This document shows positions 62,856-64,000 of a stretch of DNA of 64,000 bases, piece after piece. The translations under genes were made by a program, and so were the position numbers. The stretch is from the NCBI RefSeq assembly GCF_018977255.1, contig NW_024704749.1:17918001-17982000 (forward strand). The letters are read 5' to 3'. The stretch is from Callorhinchus milii. Taxonomy: Eukaryota. Below the pieces are notes generated by a model. The model was given only the letters and a program-made list of their open reading frames with translations. It was not told the DNA's origin and ran no database searches. Each line of letters begins with the position of its first letter. Position 1 is the first letter of the stretch.

Positions 62856-63169
62856 ATCATCATCATCATCATAGTAATAATAATAATAATAATAATGATG
62901 AATAATTATCCTGGCGTTCAGATTTTCGGTACGGCGTCTTCTCACGTCGGAAGGACACCTCCCGAAGCGGCTTTGCAGGGATTAGGGAAGGCGGCTTCTC
63001 TCAGGCGGTCCCGCGGCCAACTCGTGCATGTTTATAGTTGCGTCTATCAATATTTATGTTCATCAATATTTATATTTGTGTGTTTTCGTTTGCTTGTTTA
63101 CAGCAGCACTTGTCTAACCAGCCCTAAGCTATGAGGCATCTGCGGGTCTGCCGCTGGTTCCTCAGCACG

Positions 63170-63450
63170 GTTTTCGTGCTCCCAGGAAGACAGTGGAACA
63201 AGAGGACACAGGTTTGGAGTTGCAAATTGCAATTTCGAAACTTGACACCGGGTCACTTTTTTTTTTTACCCGGGGGGTAGTTAACGAGTGGAACAGGTTG
63301 CCAGGATGGGTGAGTTGAGACCAGGGCGCTGGACTCATTTAAAAACGGCTTGATGCAACGAGATGGAAGACGATAGAATGAGTATTTTGGAAGAATTACA
63401 TCAAATGGGCGAACGTACCTTCTTCGTTCAAACCAATTTTTCGATCTTGT
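63170..63450 (+). mobile_element. CR1 LINE 3' fragment
   Basis: ggtagttaacgagtggaacaggttgccag...tcatttaaaaacggcttgatg, encoding the VNEWNRLP...SFKNGLD ORF2 end. Confidence 0.65.
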
Positions 63451-64000
63451 AGGTCAGACAGCAACTTAATTTGTGTAGCAACCTTTAATAAAGGGTATCT
63501 CAGATATCTGTTCTTGTTGCTGTTGCCTCCAGGTTGACTCAACTGTGTTACCGGTACAAACAAAGCAGAGGTGAAACTTGCCCAACCAGTGCTTTTAAAA
63601 AAAGTAATTTACCTTAATTATTAAACATGCTTTTATTCATTTTTGTAACAAACCCAACAAACCTTCTGGACTCTTGAATAAAAGTCAACAGCATTACATG
63701 CCACCTCCGGAACATACTCTCCAGACACTACCATAATGGAAAAAGGTCAGTGGACTTATTCTCCCAGCTGGTAAGGACCTTTATTGGGTAATACTTTACA
63801 CAGGTGGGATTTTTACATACATCGCTCAAATGTGTGTCACTGTTATCAAAAGACAAGTCTTCTCACTCTGAGTGAACAGCTTGACAACAGCACCCTGTTG
63901 GCTCCCCTGAAAGAGAATGCACAAGGTTTTATAATAATAATAATCCTTGCTTTTGATACAGCGCCTTATCACCTAATTGAGGCATCTCAAAGTGCTTCAC

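Overview
Vertebrate nuclear DNA, very likely from a cartilaginous fish and probably a chimaera (inferred from recalled SINE2-1_CM-like and SacSINE1/DeuSINE-like SINEs, HER1/CR1 tails and L2 remnants). Three protein-coding genes lie on the minus strand in the same order as human 9q34.3. RABL6 has 15 coding exons (62097->40991, 778 aa, all GT-AG introns in phase). AJM1/C9orf172 has a single large coding exon (17058->14086, 990 aa) and a probable 5'UTR exon ending at 25584. PHPT1 has 3 exons (10468->8517, 122 aa). The rest is introns and intergenic DNA dense in two tRNA-derived SINE families sharing a stem-loop/(TTA)n 3' tail with an L2 LINE, plus CR1 fragments, microsatellites and minisatellites. 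I found no convincing new multi-gene system. The best leads are in retroelement biology: a young, internally deleted SINE subfamily whose 3' hairpin loop matches the L2 tail, an 18-bp TSD inside a microsatellite tail, and a head-to-head SINE inverted pair. Repeat and non-B-DNA architecture at the promoters is also notable. Exon boundaries were read by hand; repeat boundaries are approximate and family names come from recall, not a database search.
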